In this document: in pieces, positions 20,229-29,237 of the stretch | Position numbering within the stretch: the stretch's first letter is position 1 | How the letters are laid out: the number at the start of each line of letters is the position of its first letter | Source of the DNA: an uncultured bacterium | GTDB taxonomy: Bacteria; Patescibacteriota; Minisyncoccia; UBA6257; 2-01-FULL-56-20 | DNA length: 64,000 bases | Assembly: GCA_963718575.1 (NCBI GenBank) | Contig: OY970358.1 | Location: forward strand, 450,172-514,171 | Direction: 5' to 3' | Position numbers and translations under genes: made by a program | The notes under the pieces: model-generated | What the model saw: only the letters and a program-made list of their open reading frames with translations | What the model was told of the DNA's origin: nothing | Database searches by the model: none

Positions 20229-20389
20229 CCAAAATGAGGCGGCGAGAAGGAAGAAAGTCAGTATCCATCAGCCCTTCGGGTGGGTAGGGGTAGTCGTTGC
20301 GTAACGACCCCCCTAACGACTACCCTGCGGGGTGTCAAAACTCATTGATTTCGGCTAAAATGGTTGCGAGCCGACTGATACAAACTCAC
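20206..20389. repeat. IR2-right (partner of 19514-19698)
   Basis: Exact reverse complement of IR2-left. Confidence 0.85.
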
Positions 20390-20805
20390 CACCGTAATAA
20401 TCTTCGGTATAATTAAAAATGGAAATTCTGGATAAAACGATAGGAGCGGAATGGATCGAAGCCATGATTGGTTATATAAAGACCCATCGGTCAAAGTAAG
20501 AGTTCATTGACGTTCTTGGAGCTCCGCAAAACTCTCTCGAAGCAACGAACGTCGAGTTAAAACCAAAGAATCCTGCCATCAATTCGATCGTCCTCTCATC
20601 GAACGCGATCACCCTCAATATGATCCCGAAAAAATTTCACCGGGGAGAAAACGCTTCGAACCAAGATAACCGCATCACCGCTTATCGCACGGAAGTTGAG
20701 GACGTCACCATTCAATCGATCATACACCTTGGGATTTTCCCTCCGAGCGGTTTCGTTGACGAAGTGGATATCCTCTTTTATTAGCCGAACATTTATTTTT
20801 TTGTG

Positions 20806-20877
20806 TGCCCCGGGCAGGAATCGAACCCGCATCAAAGCCTTAGAAGAGCTCTGCTTTATCCATTAAGCTACCAGGGC
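20806..20877 (-). tRNA. tRNA-Arg (anticodon TCT)
   Basis: Reverse complement folds as acceptor GCCCTGG/CCGGGGC (one G.T), D-arm GCTT-AATGGATA-AAGC, anticodon arm GAGCT-CTTCTAA-GGCTT, T-loop TTCGATT. Confidence 0.75.
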
Positions 20878-20977
20878 AATTTCTTGTTGAGTTTAATGTA
20901 AAAATAAGGAAAATGGAAGTATTAAAAATATATTAAAATTTTTTTACTGAATAGAGATTTTTAACGATAATGATTTT

Positions 20978-21382
20978 ATGGATCAAGAAGCGAGAAAAAT
21001 CGCCGGTTTAATTATATGGTGGACGGAGGGAACTAAAGCCTATAAAAAGAAGAGTGGAAACTGGGTTAAAAATGTGGACGTCACCAACACAAATCCGGGA
21101 ATTATTATGGCTTTTTTAGGCTTTTTAAGATATGATGTTGGTGTTGATGAGGAGAGGCTGAGAATACAACTTCAGATACATAAAGGGGACGATCAGGATG
21201 ATTTAGAATCTTTTTGGTCTACAACGACCAATATCCCGCGAGAGCGGTTCACAAAAACTATAATTCGCCCTCGGGGAAATAAAATTGGTAAAAACAGAGG
21301 CACTTGTAAGGTTAGATACTCCGACAGACTAACCTACGAAAAGCTTGAAAAGCAGCTAAAAGAGGTTTTAAATAAGTCATAA
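20978..21382 (+). CDS. Hypothetical protein (134 aa), AT-rich gene between tRNAs
   Basis: ORF with no recognisable motif. Low-GC local composition. Confidence 0.4.
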   Translation: MDQEARKIAGLIIWWTEGTKAYKKKSGNWVKNVDVTNTNPGIIMAFLGFLRYDVGVDEERLRIQLQIHKGDDQDDLESFWSTTTNIPRERFTKTIIRPRGNKIGKNRGTCKVRYSDRLTYEKLEKQLKEVLNKS

Positions 21383-21387
21383 TTCTT

Positions 21388-21458
21388 CGGGATGTCGTAT
21401 ACCGGTAGTACGATTGCTTTGGGAGCAATTAGACAGGGTTCAATTCCCTGCATCCCGA
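21388..21458 (+). tRNA. tRNA-Pro (anticodon TGG)
   Basis: Acceptor CGGGATG/CATCCCG, anticodon arm ATTGC-TTTGGGA-GCAAT (G37), T-arm CAGGG-TTCAATT-CCCTG. The D-arm is slightly irregular. Confidence 0.6.
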
Positions 21459-21878
21459 CAAAAAGAGAAAAGTGCGAGCCCCGAAAGAATCGGGGCTCAA
21501 AAAAGATTGATGGCGAGACATCAATCAATGTGGCGCTTGTGAACATTGAAATCAATGAATCTACGCCACAGGCCCTGAGGGCAACGGCGACCGAAGCGCG
21601 GTCGACGTGGCTTGTCTCTGTCCGCAAAATTCCGGACAGCTCTTCGTGCTGACGCTTTCATATCATCTGGCTTCGACCCATCTTTCGGCCATTCTGGATC
21701 CCACCATTGAAACGCCGCTGCGCTCATCGGTATTACCTCCGTGGATAAAAATTTCGCTACTGATTTTAGTATAACGCACCCCCTCTGGAAAACATGTGCA
21801 TAACTCGCACTCTTCTATAAAATAGAGGCAATGATGGATTGCAAAATGCCCGCGTTTTCGTTACCATTCTCCTCAATG

Positions 21879-21953
21879 GCGCGCTTAGCTCAGCGGTAGA
21901 GCAACTCGTTTACACCGAGTGGGCCGGGGGTTCAACTCCCTCAGCGCGCACCA
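21879..21953 (+). tRNA. tRNA-Val (anticodon TAC), CCA encoded
   Basis: Acceptor GCGCGCT/AGCGCGC, D-arm GCTC-AGCGGTA-GAGC, anticodon arm ACTCG-TTTACAC-CGAGT, T-loop TTCAACT, discriminator A followed by CCA. Confidence 0.85.
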
Positions 21954-22783
21954 CTATTCAGCGTATAAAAATTCTCGAACAGCTTTGCCGTTACAATCCT
22001 CCCTGGGCCGCTTGGTGCCTGCGAATATTTAATATTCTTTTTTTCTGCACCGGCAGAATCAAAATCACCGGCCATCTTCCCATTTTTATCGTTACTAAAA
22101 CCAAAGTCTATCACAATCGTTTCCTCTTTTAAGTGTTCTGCGCTAAAAAGCCCCACATGCCCGGCGCCGGCGATCACGATGTCCGCATCGCCCAGCTTCT
22201 CGTGGATGTTCTTAACGCTCGCATCGAGCACGACAAGCTCCGCCACGCGGTTCTGCAGCCAGAAGCCCACCGGCTTGCCGATCAAGAATCCTGCGCCGAT
22301 GACGACCGCTTTCAATCCGCGCAATGCGCTTGGATTGCCAACAAGGTCGCCGCACTCGCGCGCTAATATTTCTTCCACGGTTGCTACTGCTGGCGGAACG
22401 ATCTTGCCGCGCTCAGTGTAGAACGCGCCGAGCGCCGCCTCGCTGAGGCAGTCGACATCTTTTTCCTTCGGGATCGCATTCAACGCGTAGTAACGATTGA
22501 TGGCGGCCGGCAACGGCAGCTGCACGATGAACGCCCCGCACGTCTTCGGCTCGGCGAGCCGGCCGATCTCGGCGCGGAGCGCGTCGGTCGTGGTGCCAAG
22601 CGGAAGTTGGTGCAGCCGAAACTCGATGCCGAGCTCGCGCGCGACGCGCTCTTTTTGCTTCAAAAAATTGAGCGATGCCGGATCGTCACCCACGAGCGCC
22701 GCGCCGAAGAACTTCTCCGGCTTCGGCTGTGAGCGCAAGCGCTCAACAATATTCTCCGCAATGATTTTTCCGTCGATGATCAT
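21941..22783 (-). CDS. folD: Bifunctional methylenetetrahydrofolate dehydrogenase/cyclohydrolase
   Basis: MIIDGKIIAENI...GAALVGDDPASLNFLKQKERVARELGI...VQLPLP...VVIGAGFLIGKPV...DIVIAGAG: FolD motifs. Stop codon is TGA, so TGA is a true stop in this genome. Confidence 0.85.
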   Translation of the reverse strand: MIIDGKIIAENIVERLRSQPKPEKFFGAALVGDDPASLNFLKQKERVARELGIEFRLHQLPLGTTTDALRAEIGRLAEPKTCGAFIVQLPLPAAINRYYALNAIPKEKDVDCLSEAALGAFYTERGKIVPPAVATVEEILARECGDLVGNPSALRGLKAVVIGAGFLIGKPVGFWLQNRVAELVVLDASVKNIHEKLGDADIVIAGAGHVGLFSAEHLKEETIVIDFGFSNDKNGKMAGDFDSAGAEKKNIKYSQAPSGPGRIVTAKLFENFYTLNSGAR

Positions 22784-22811
22784 GTATGTTTTATGATGTT
22801 AACGTCTCGTG

Positions 22812-23423
22812 TTATTTATTATCCAGGCTTGCCCACAGATATCGCGATCCAAGACTGCGATACGGTTTCCACTTTGCCGTGATCTTCTCCGCCTGCGCGG
22901 GCGTCGGCGCCTTCCTCAACTTATATATCTTTTTGAGGGCATTTCGCAAGCCGAGGTCGCCGTATGAGAACACGTCATCGCGCTGCAACGAGAAGATCAA
23001 AAACATTTCCGCAGTCCATCGCCCGATCCCCTTCACGCCGGTCAGGTGGCCTATCACTTCTTCATCAGTCATCACATCCATATGCTTGAAGTCGAGCGTG
23101 CCATCGAGCGTCTTCTTGGCAAGATCCTTGATAAAGCTCACCTTCATGCGCGACAAGCCGCATTTGCGCATCTTGGCGGCCGGCATCTTCATGATCTCGC
23201 GCGGCGTGGGAAATTTGCGGCCCGGCGTGAGCGCCACGAATCAATTGAAGATCGTGTCGGCAGCCTTGATCGAAAGTTGCTGGCTCACGATCGCCTCGAC
23301 AAGCGCCTCGAACGGCCCGCGCGTGACGGTAAGCTCCCGCAGGACAACTCCCTCCATGAGAGTCCTCAAGGCGGGGTCACTCTTTTTCAAGTGGGCGATC
23401 TTTTTGCGATGCGAAGTTGCCAT
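22812..23423 (-). CDS. HhH-GPD superfamily DNA glycosylase (3-methyladenine glycosylase / endonuclease-III-like), interrupted by one in-frame TGA at 23241-23243
   Basis: ORF 23241..23423 (MATSHRKK...LVEAIVSQQLSIKAADTIFN) and ORF 22812..23237 (...GIGRWTAEMFLIFSL, helix-hairpin-helix GIG plus conserved Asp) are in the same frame, separated by a single TGA (...TIFN-TGA-FVALTPGRK...). Combined length ~202 aa is normal for the family. Confidence 0.55.
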
Positions 23424-23425
23424 GA

Positions 23426-24712
23426 TTACTCGATCCCCGGAACCGGAAATCGCAATGAGAATTTTTTAACTTTTTCTTTGATCGCGCCGAGCGCTGTCTC
23501 GTCCTCGCGGTGCGCGAGCGTCTCGTCGATCAAGTCCGCCACCGTCTTCATGTCAGCCGCGCCGCATCCGCGCGTGGTGAGCGCGGGCGTCCCGAGGCGC
23601 ACCCCCGACGGATCGAGCGGCTTGCGCGGATCGAACGGGATCATATTTTTGTTGATCGAGATGCCCACTTTTTCCAAAGCCTTCTCCGCTTCCTTGCCGG
23701 TGATACCCTTACTGCCGAATACGTCGACGAGCATCAGATGGTTGTCCGTGCCGCCGGAGATGATGCGATAGCCCTTCTCTTGCAACGCCGCCGCGAGCGC
23801 CCGCGCGTTCGCGATCACCGCCTTGGAATACTCCGCGAATTCCGGCTTGAGCGCCTCGCCGTACGCGATCGCTTTCGCCGCATTGATATGATCGTGGGGA
23901 CCGCCCTGCACGCCGGGGAACACCGCCTTGTCGATCGCGGACGCGAACTGCTCGCGGCACATGATCATCGCACCGCGCGGCCCGCGCAACGTCTTGTGGG
24001 TGGTCGTCGAAACGACATCGCAGAACGGGATCGGGTTCTCGAGCTGCTTCCCGGCCACGAGCCCTGCAATGTGCGCGATGTCGGCAAACAAATACGCGCC
24101 GCACTTGTCCGCGATCGCGCGGAAGCGCGCCCAGTCCATCGAACGCGAGTATGCGGAAAATCCCGCGAGGATCATCTTCGGCTTCTCGCGCATCGCGATC
24201 GCCTCCACTTCGTCCATGTCGATGATCTCCGTCTCGCGGTTCACAAAGTACGGAATAATAGCGTAAAGCTTTCCGGAAAAATTCAGCGGATGCCCGTGTG
24301 AAAGATGTCCACCTTGGTCGAGAGAAAATCCCAATACTTTATCACCCGGCTGCAATAGTGCCATGTAGACCGCCAGGTTCGCCGGCGAACCGGAAAGCGG
24401 TTGTACGTTCACATGCTCCGCGCCAAACAGTTCCTTCGCGCGCTCGATCGCGAGTGTTTCTGCCTGGTCGATGATCTCATTGCCGCCGTAGTAACGCTTT
24501 CCCGGATACCCTTCGCTGTATTTATTGGTAAGGATCGAACCCATCGCGGTGAGCACCGCGGTCGAAACGTAGTTCTCGCTCGCGATCAGCTCGATACCCT
24601 CTTTCTGCCGCTGTTCCTCGCGCTTGACGATCTCATACACCTGCGGGTCTTCTTTTTGTATCGCTGAGTAATTCATTGGAGTGTGTAAAATTAACCGGTT
24701 AATATGGCCCAA
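23426..24712 (-). CDS. glyA: Serine hydroxymethyltransferase
   Basis: ...IELIASENYVS..., PLP-lysine region TTTHKTLRGPRG. Probable true start MNYSAIQKEDP at 24676. Confidence 0.9.
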   Translation of the reverse strand: MGHINRLILHTPMNYSAIQKEDPQVYEIVKREEQRQKEGIELIASENYVSTAVLTAMGSILTNKYSEGYPGKRYYGGNEIIDQAETLAIERAKELFGAEHVNVQPLSGSPANLAVYMALLQPGDKVLGFSLDQGGHLSHGHPLNFSGKLYAIIPYFVNRETEIIDMDEVEAIAMREKPKMILAGFSAYSRSMDWARFRAIADKCGAYLFADIAHIAGLVAGKQLENPIPFCDVVSTTTHKTLRGPRGAMIMCREQFASAIDKAVFPGVQGGPHDHINAAKAIAYGEALKPEFAEYSKAVIANARALAAALQEKGYRIISGGTDNHLMLVDVFGSKGITGKEAEKALEKVGISINKNMIPFDPRKPLDPSGVRLGTPALTTRGCGAADMKTVADLIDETLAHREDETALGAIKEKVKKFSLRFPVPGIE

Positions 24713-24819
24713 GGTATCCGTAAGAAGTGTTACACCATGCCATAATCATACTCCCAAAATGTTGAAAAATCAGCCAAAGCCGTGTACATTAAGGATGCGG
24801 ACGAGCCGCAGTTAATGAT

Positions 24820-24891
24820 GGTGCCTATAGCTTAATGGTAAAGCTCCGCTCTGTGGCAGCGGCAATACGGGTTCAATTCCCGTTAGGCACC
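24820..24891 (+). tRNA. tRNA-His (anticodon GTG) with genome-encoded G-1
   Basis: Extra 5' G pairs with discriminator C73, which is unique to tRNA-His. Acceptor GTGCCTA/TAGGCAC, anticodon arm CCGCT-CTGTGGC-AGCGG, T-loop TTCAATT. Confidence 0.85.
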
Positions 24892-25104
24892 CGGCGATTT
24901 TTAGATAGATTTTATAGGAGTATTGCAGAACCTATATAGTTTTTGCAAGTCCGCACAAACGACTGAGGAGCCGTCATGGTGAAACTAATGAAAAACACCG
25001 GCCGAAGGTGACCGAACTAACGCGCTCTACGATGACAAGAACAAGGCATATCTCGGCGACCGCAGGGTGATCGTAAAATAACGACCGATCTCAACCGAGC
25101 CCTC

Positions 25105-25662
25105 CTACCAGACGAACGGAATCAGTGCCTTCGTCCGTTTTTTATATTCCGCATACTGGTCGGGGAAAAGTTGCATCATATACCGCTCCTCCACCGGGAT
25201 CCGGTAGAAAAAGTTTGCGGTGAATATCATGAATACGGCGAGCCAGATGACGCCGGCCACGAGCGCGGATCCGAAGAGCGCGAGCAACATGCCGGTATAG
25301 ATCGGGTGGCGCACAAGATGATACGGCCCGGAGGTCACAAGTTCGTGTCCTTCCTTTATGGACGGCATTCCGCTCCAATTTTTCCCCAAATGTACGCGCG
25401 CCCAGATCGCACAAGCGAGACCCATAGCGCAAAGGACGACGCCGATCGCCTGCACGCTTATAGGGAATTGATAACTGAAGATCCGCCAGAACTCGCTTAA
25501 TTGCAGCAGGATGACCACGATAATGATAAGAAATATTCTAATACCCGCATCGCGGCGCCATTCATCCGTGCGGACATTTTTCTTGACCCCGATCGCAGAA
25601 ATAATCCAATAAAGGATGAACACCGCCCAGAAGGCGAAGATAAGATGGTCAAGGAATAGCAT
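25105..25662 (-). CDS. Isoprenylcysteine carboxyl methyltransferase (ICMT)/phospholipid methyltransferase family membrane protein
   Basis: Four or five TM helices and the C-terminal motif HELVTSGPYHLVRHPIYTG...E shared by ICMT-family enzymes. Confidence 0.7.
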   Translation of the reverse strand: MLFLDHLIFAFWAVFILYWIISAIGVKKNVRTDEWRRDAGIRIFLIIIVVILLQLSEFWRIFSYQFPISVQAIGVVLCAMGLACAIWARVHLGKNWSGMPSIKEGHELVTSGPYHLVRHPIYTGMLLALFGSALVAGVIWLAVFMIFTANFFYRIPVEERYMMQLFPDQYAEYKKRTKALIPFVW

Positions 25663-25710
25663 GTCCGCATCTTACCATGAAAGTGTGCGCGATGTTACAC
25701 TACAGGTATC

Positions 25711-26787
25711 ATGTCCGGTATTTTCTGGAAGTTTTACGTGCGCTCCGCGGATGCATGGGAAGCCATGCTTGCCGACTGCGCCGCGGCGCGCGAATGCATA
25801 GATATAGAGCAATATATTTTTGAAGACGATGCCGTCGGACAAAAATTTTTTGAAGTCTTGAAGAAGAAGAGCGGCGAGGGTATAAAAGTAAGGATATTTT
25901 GCGACGCGGTGGGGAGTTTCAGCCTGCTCAATTCAAAGAGCGCCAAGGCGCTTATGGCAGCCGGCATCGCAATAAAATTCTTCAATCCCATCCAGCCATG
26001 GCGCGTCGGCAATGTGTTCTCGTGGTTCTTGCGCGATCACCGGAAGCTTTTATTGGTGGACAGAGCGATCGTGCACACCGGCGGCGCGGCGATCGACGGG
26101 CGCATGGCGGAGTGGCGCGACACGAACGTGCGGATGACCGGCCCGGTCGTGGCCGAAGCACAGGCGAGCTTCGATCAGATGTGGATCGCCGCGCCGCGGC
26201 ATAAATTCTTCAGATTCAAGCCGACGTTCCACGCCGGAGAGGATTTTTCCTTCCTCGCCAACTCGCCGCGCCTCCACGGCCGCTATATCTACCACGACCT
26301 GCGCCGCACCATACGCAAAGCAAGGCACTCTATATATCTCACCACGCCATACTTCGTACCGAGCATAAAAATATTCACCTCGCTCACGAAAGCCGCTCGA
26401 CGCGGCGTCGACGTCCGGATACTCCTGCCCGGATTATCCGATGTCCGCATCGCAAATATCGCCACCGGCTCCACCTTTGTCCTGGCATTGAATGCCGGCA
26501 TTAAACTCTACTTTTATGACGATAGAACGATCCTACATGCAAAGACGGGCGTCATCGACGATGTTTGGGGAAGCATTGGCAGTGCAAACATCGATAACCT
26601 CAGCCTCCTTCTTAACTATGAAGGCAATATAAGAAGCTCCGACCCGGATTTCATCGCCGAACTGAAGCGGCAATTTTTGGAAGATCTCGCGCGAGCAAAG
26701 GAAGTAAAGAAAGAAGACTGGGTGCGCCGCCCATTTTCTCTGAAAGTACTGGAAGTGCTCACCTGGCCGCTTCACGGGATTCTGTAG
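25711..26787 (+). CDS. Phospholipase D family protein / cardiolipin-synthase-like (two HKD motifs)
   Basis: HRKLLLVD... and HAKTGVIDDVWGSIGSANID: the duplicated HxKx4Dx6GSxN motifs. 358 aa. Confidence 0.8.
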   Translation: MSGIFWKFYVRSADAWEAMLADCAAARECIDIEQYIFEDDAVGQKFFEVLKKKSGEGIKVRIFCDAVGSFSLLNSKSAKALMAAGIAIKFFNPIQPWRVGNVFSWFLRDHRKLLLVDRAIVHTGGAAIDGRMAEWRDTNVRMTGPVVAEAQASFDQMWIAAPRHKFFRFKPTFHAGEDFSFLANSPRLHGRYIYHDLRRTIRKARHSIYLTTPYFVPSIKIFTSLTKAARRGVDVRILLPGLSDVRIANIATGSTFVLALNAGIKLYFYDDRTILHAKTGVIDDVWGSIGSANIDNLSLLLNYEGNIRSSDPDFIAELKRQFLEDLARAKEVKKEDWVRRPFSLKVLEVLTWPLHGIL

Positions 26788-26813
26788 TCTCCGCAAAGCC
26801 CCGTTCGCGATAC

Positions 26814-26841
26814 TTGACAATTTATAGCTATATGCTATAGT
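26814..26841 (+). promoter_or_regulatory. Sigma70-like promoter (TTGACA -16- TATAGT) for the small secreted-protein gene
   Basis: TTGACA 26814-26819, TATAGT 26836-26841; RBS AGGAG ~10 nt before the ATG at 26893. Confidence 0.5.
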
Positions 26842-26892
26842 ACTTACAGCAGATTTAAGGCGGAAAGCTTTGAATCCATAGGAGAAAGACCG

Positions 26893-27201
26893 ATGAAGTT
26901 TTCGAACGTAATGATGTTGGTCGTTGCCTTCTCTACGGCGATATTTGCCCAAGCGCAGAATAAACCGCAAGTAATGAGCGTGGCATCACAGCTGCAACAA
27001 CGGCCCGCGAACCTCTATTACGCCGGAATGAAAACCTGGAGCGTGGCAGGGGAGTTTCAGCCGCAGCCCGCCGACCTCTATTACGCCGGCGCAACAGCAG
27101 AACGGCCGTCGAACCATGTTACCGATCCAGTAGACGGAACAACCCGCACTGCACCAGTGAAGGCATCCTTCATCCCCGCGCTGGTCGCTCCGAAAAAGTA
27201 A
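26893..27201 (+). CDS. Small secreted protein with duplicated (A/P)(N/D)LYYAG motif
   Basis: Signal peptide MKFSNVMMLVVAFSTAIFAQA; internal repeat PANLYYAGMKTWSVAGEFQPQPADLYYAG. Confidence 0.5.
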   Translation: MKFSNVMMLVVAFSTAIFAQAQNKPQVMSVASQLQQRPANLYYAGMKTWSVAGEFQPQPADLYYAGATAERPSNHVTDPVDGTTRTAPVKASFIPALVAPKK

Positions 27202-27233
27202 CCGGCCCCTCTTTCATAACCTGATTCCATACA

Positions 27234-27270
27234 CGCCCCTGCCGAGATTCTTCGGTGGGGGCGTTTTTAT
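27234..27270 (+). terminator. Intrinsic terminator after the small secreted-protein gene
   Basis: cgcccc...ggggcg stem followed by TTTTTATTTCTT. Confidence 0.5.
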
Positions 27271-27284
27271 TTCTTATTCGTTTT

Positions 27285-27313
27285 TTGACCATGAAGCAAA
27301 TTCTTTATATAAT
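27285..27313 (+). promoter_or_regulatory. Sigma70-like promoter (TTGACC -17- TATAAT) upstream of ftsH
   Basis: TTGACC 27285-27290, TATAAT 27308-27313, about 26 nt before the ftsH ATG. Confidence 0.55.
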
Positions 27314-27339
27314 TGTATTACATTAATTAACTCTCACCC

Positions 27340-29170
27340 ATGTCCAACCTCACCAAGAATATCATCTGGGGAATCATCACCCTGATCATCGTCGCGCTTA
27401 TCTTTTCGTATTTCGTCGGGCCGCAAACCCAGCCGACCACGCTCAACCTCAACCAGGTCGTTGCGGACATCAACGCCGGAACCATCAAGCAGATAAAAGT
27501 GAACGGCGACGAGCTTGATATCATGATGACCAATGGCAGCGCGGCAGTCGCGCAGAAAGAAGATGAGTCGGGCGTGACGGAAACCCTGAACAACCTCGGA
27601 GTGAACCAGCAGGCCATGCAAAAAGTGGACCTCGAGGTAGTGAACCAGTCAGGCTGGGAATATTGGCTGGGCCTTCTCGCTCCGGATCTGCTCACGCTCC
27701 TCGCGATCGGATTCATCTTCTGGCTCATGTTCCGCCAGGCCAAGACCGGCGTCAACCAGGCATTCCAATTCGGCCGGTCAAACCTTAAGCTTTCAACCGT
27801 CAAAGATAAGGTGATGTTCAAGGATGTCGCCGGATTGAAGGAAGCGAAAGAAGAATTGATAGAGGTCGTCGATTTCTTAAAAAATCCTCAAAAATTCCTT
27901 GACCTCGGCGCACGCATCCCACGCGGTATTCTCTTGATGGGACCTCCGGGCACGGGCAAAACGCTCGTCGCACGCGCGGTCGCGGGCGAAAGCAATGTCC
28001 CCTTCTTCTATATATCAGCGTCGGAGTTCGTGGAAATGTTCGTCGGCGTCGGCGCCTCGCGCACGCGCGACGCCTTTATGCAGGCCAAGCGCGCCTCGCC
28101 CGCCATCCTGTTCATTGATGAGATCGACGCCGTCGGCCGCCAGCGCGGCGCGGGCATGGGCGGCGGCAGCGACGAGCGCGAACAGACGCTGAACCAGATC
28201 CTCGTCGAGATGGACGGCTTTGACCGCGACACGCGCGTGATAGTGCTGGCGGCCACCAATCGTCCTGACATCCTTGACCCCGCGCTCCTCCGTCCCGGCC
28301 GCTTCGACCGCCGCGTCATCCTCGACCTCCCCGACATGAACGACCGCGAATCGATCCTCCGCATCCATTCCGACGGGAAGACCCTCGAAAAGAACGTCGA
28401 CCTGCGCCGCGTCGCGGCCCGCACGCCGGGATTCTCCGGTGCCGATCTTGCAAACTTGATGAACGAGGCCGCGATCGCCTCCGCACGACAGAATAAAAAA
28501 GTCGATCGGCCAGGCAGAACTGCTCGAGGCCGCCGAGAAAGTGATCATGGGACCGGAGCGCAAGAGCCGCGTCATCTCGCAGAAAGAAAAAGAGATCACG
28601 GCGTATCACGAAGGCGGCCACGCGCTCGTCGCCGCGTCCGTCAAAGACGCCGACCCGGTGCAAAAAGTTTCGATCATCTCCCGCGGCTTTGCCGGCGGCT
28701 ACACGATGAAACTGCCGAACGAGGATCAGCACCTTAAGACCCGCAACCAGTTCCTCGCCGACCTCTCGATGATGATGGGCGGCTACGTCTCGGAGAAGCT
28801 CACCTTCGGCGATGTCTCGACCGGCGCATCAAGCGATCTTAAAGAAGCATCCGAGCTCGCGCGGCGGATGGTCGTCAAATACGGCATGAGCGACCTCGGC
28901 CCGATCGTCTTCGGCAAGAGCGAACAGATGATGTTCCTCGGCCAGGAGATCTCGAACGACAAGAACTATTCCGAGCGCGTCGCGTCGGAGATCGACGAAC
29001 AGATCCGCAAGCTCCTCATTCATGCCCAGGACATCGCGGAAAAAATATTGAAGACGCACAAAACGGCGCTTAAAAAGATCGCGGACACGCTGATGGAAAA
29101 AGAGGTCCTCGAGCAGGATGATTTCAACGCAGTACTGAAGCCGTTCAGGATCAAACCGATCGCCGCATAA
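27340..29170 (+). CDS. ftsH: ATP-dependent zinc metalloprotease FtsH; reading frame shifts by +1 inside an A6 run at 28495-28500
   Basis: ORF 27340..28737 carries the N-terminal TM helices plus the AAA module ([31 protein letters not shown] region). ORF 28541..29170 carries the peptidase domain with HEGGHAL. Removing one A from AATAAAAAAGTC gives the canonical ...[30 protein letters not shown]... junction. Confidence 0.85.
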
Positions 29171-29197
29171 GGTAAGATTGCGCGGGATAAAAAAGAA

Positions 29198-29237
29198 GGT
29201 GTGCAGAGAAAATCCTCTGCACACCTTTTATATTTTT
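29198..29237. terminator. Bidirectional intrinsic terminator between ftsH (+) and the MFS gene (-)
   Basis: ggtgtgcagag-aaaatc-ctctgcacacc flanked by an A-tract upstream and TTTTATATTTTT downstream. Confidence 0.7.

Noticed and set aside
19635-20268. ORFs 19635..19868(+) and 19906..20268(-), both beginning MDTDFLPSRRLILVADIYDFS
   Set aside because: The identical N-termini arise because both start inside the two arms of inverted repeat IR2; they are most likely not genes
20596-20835. 79-aa minus-strand ORF overlapping tRNA-Arg
   Set aside because: It overlaps the tRNA on the same strand, has no start context or motif, and is probably a gene remnant in the AT-rich island
23241-23243. In-frame TGA as evidence for a UGA-to-Gly genetic code (code 25) as in some CPR lineages
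   Set aside because: folD terminates with TGA and long ORFs (600-944 aa) are uninterrupted in standard translation, so TGA functions as a stop here
24900-25140. Tiny ORF MVKLMKNTGRR with GAGGAG RBS after tRNA-His, and a hairpin plus T-tract at ~25101-25135
   Set aside because: The hairpin lies inside the C-terminal coding region of the ICMT-family gene on the other strand, and the mini-ORF has no supporting conservation, so it is too speculative to call a leader peptide or terminator
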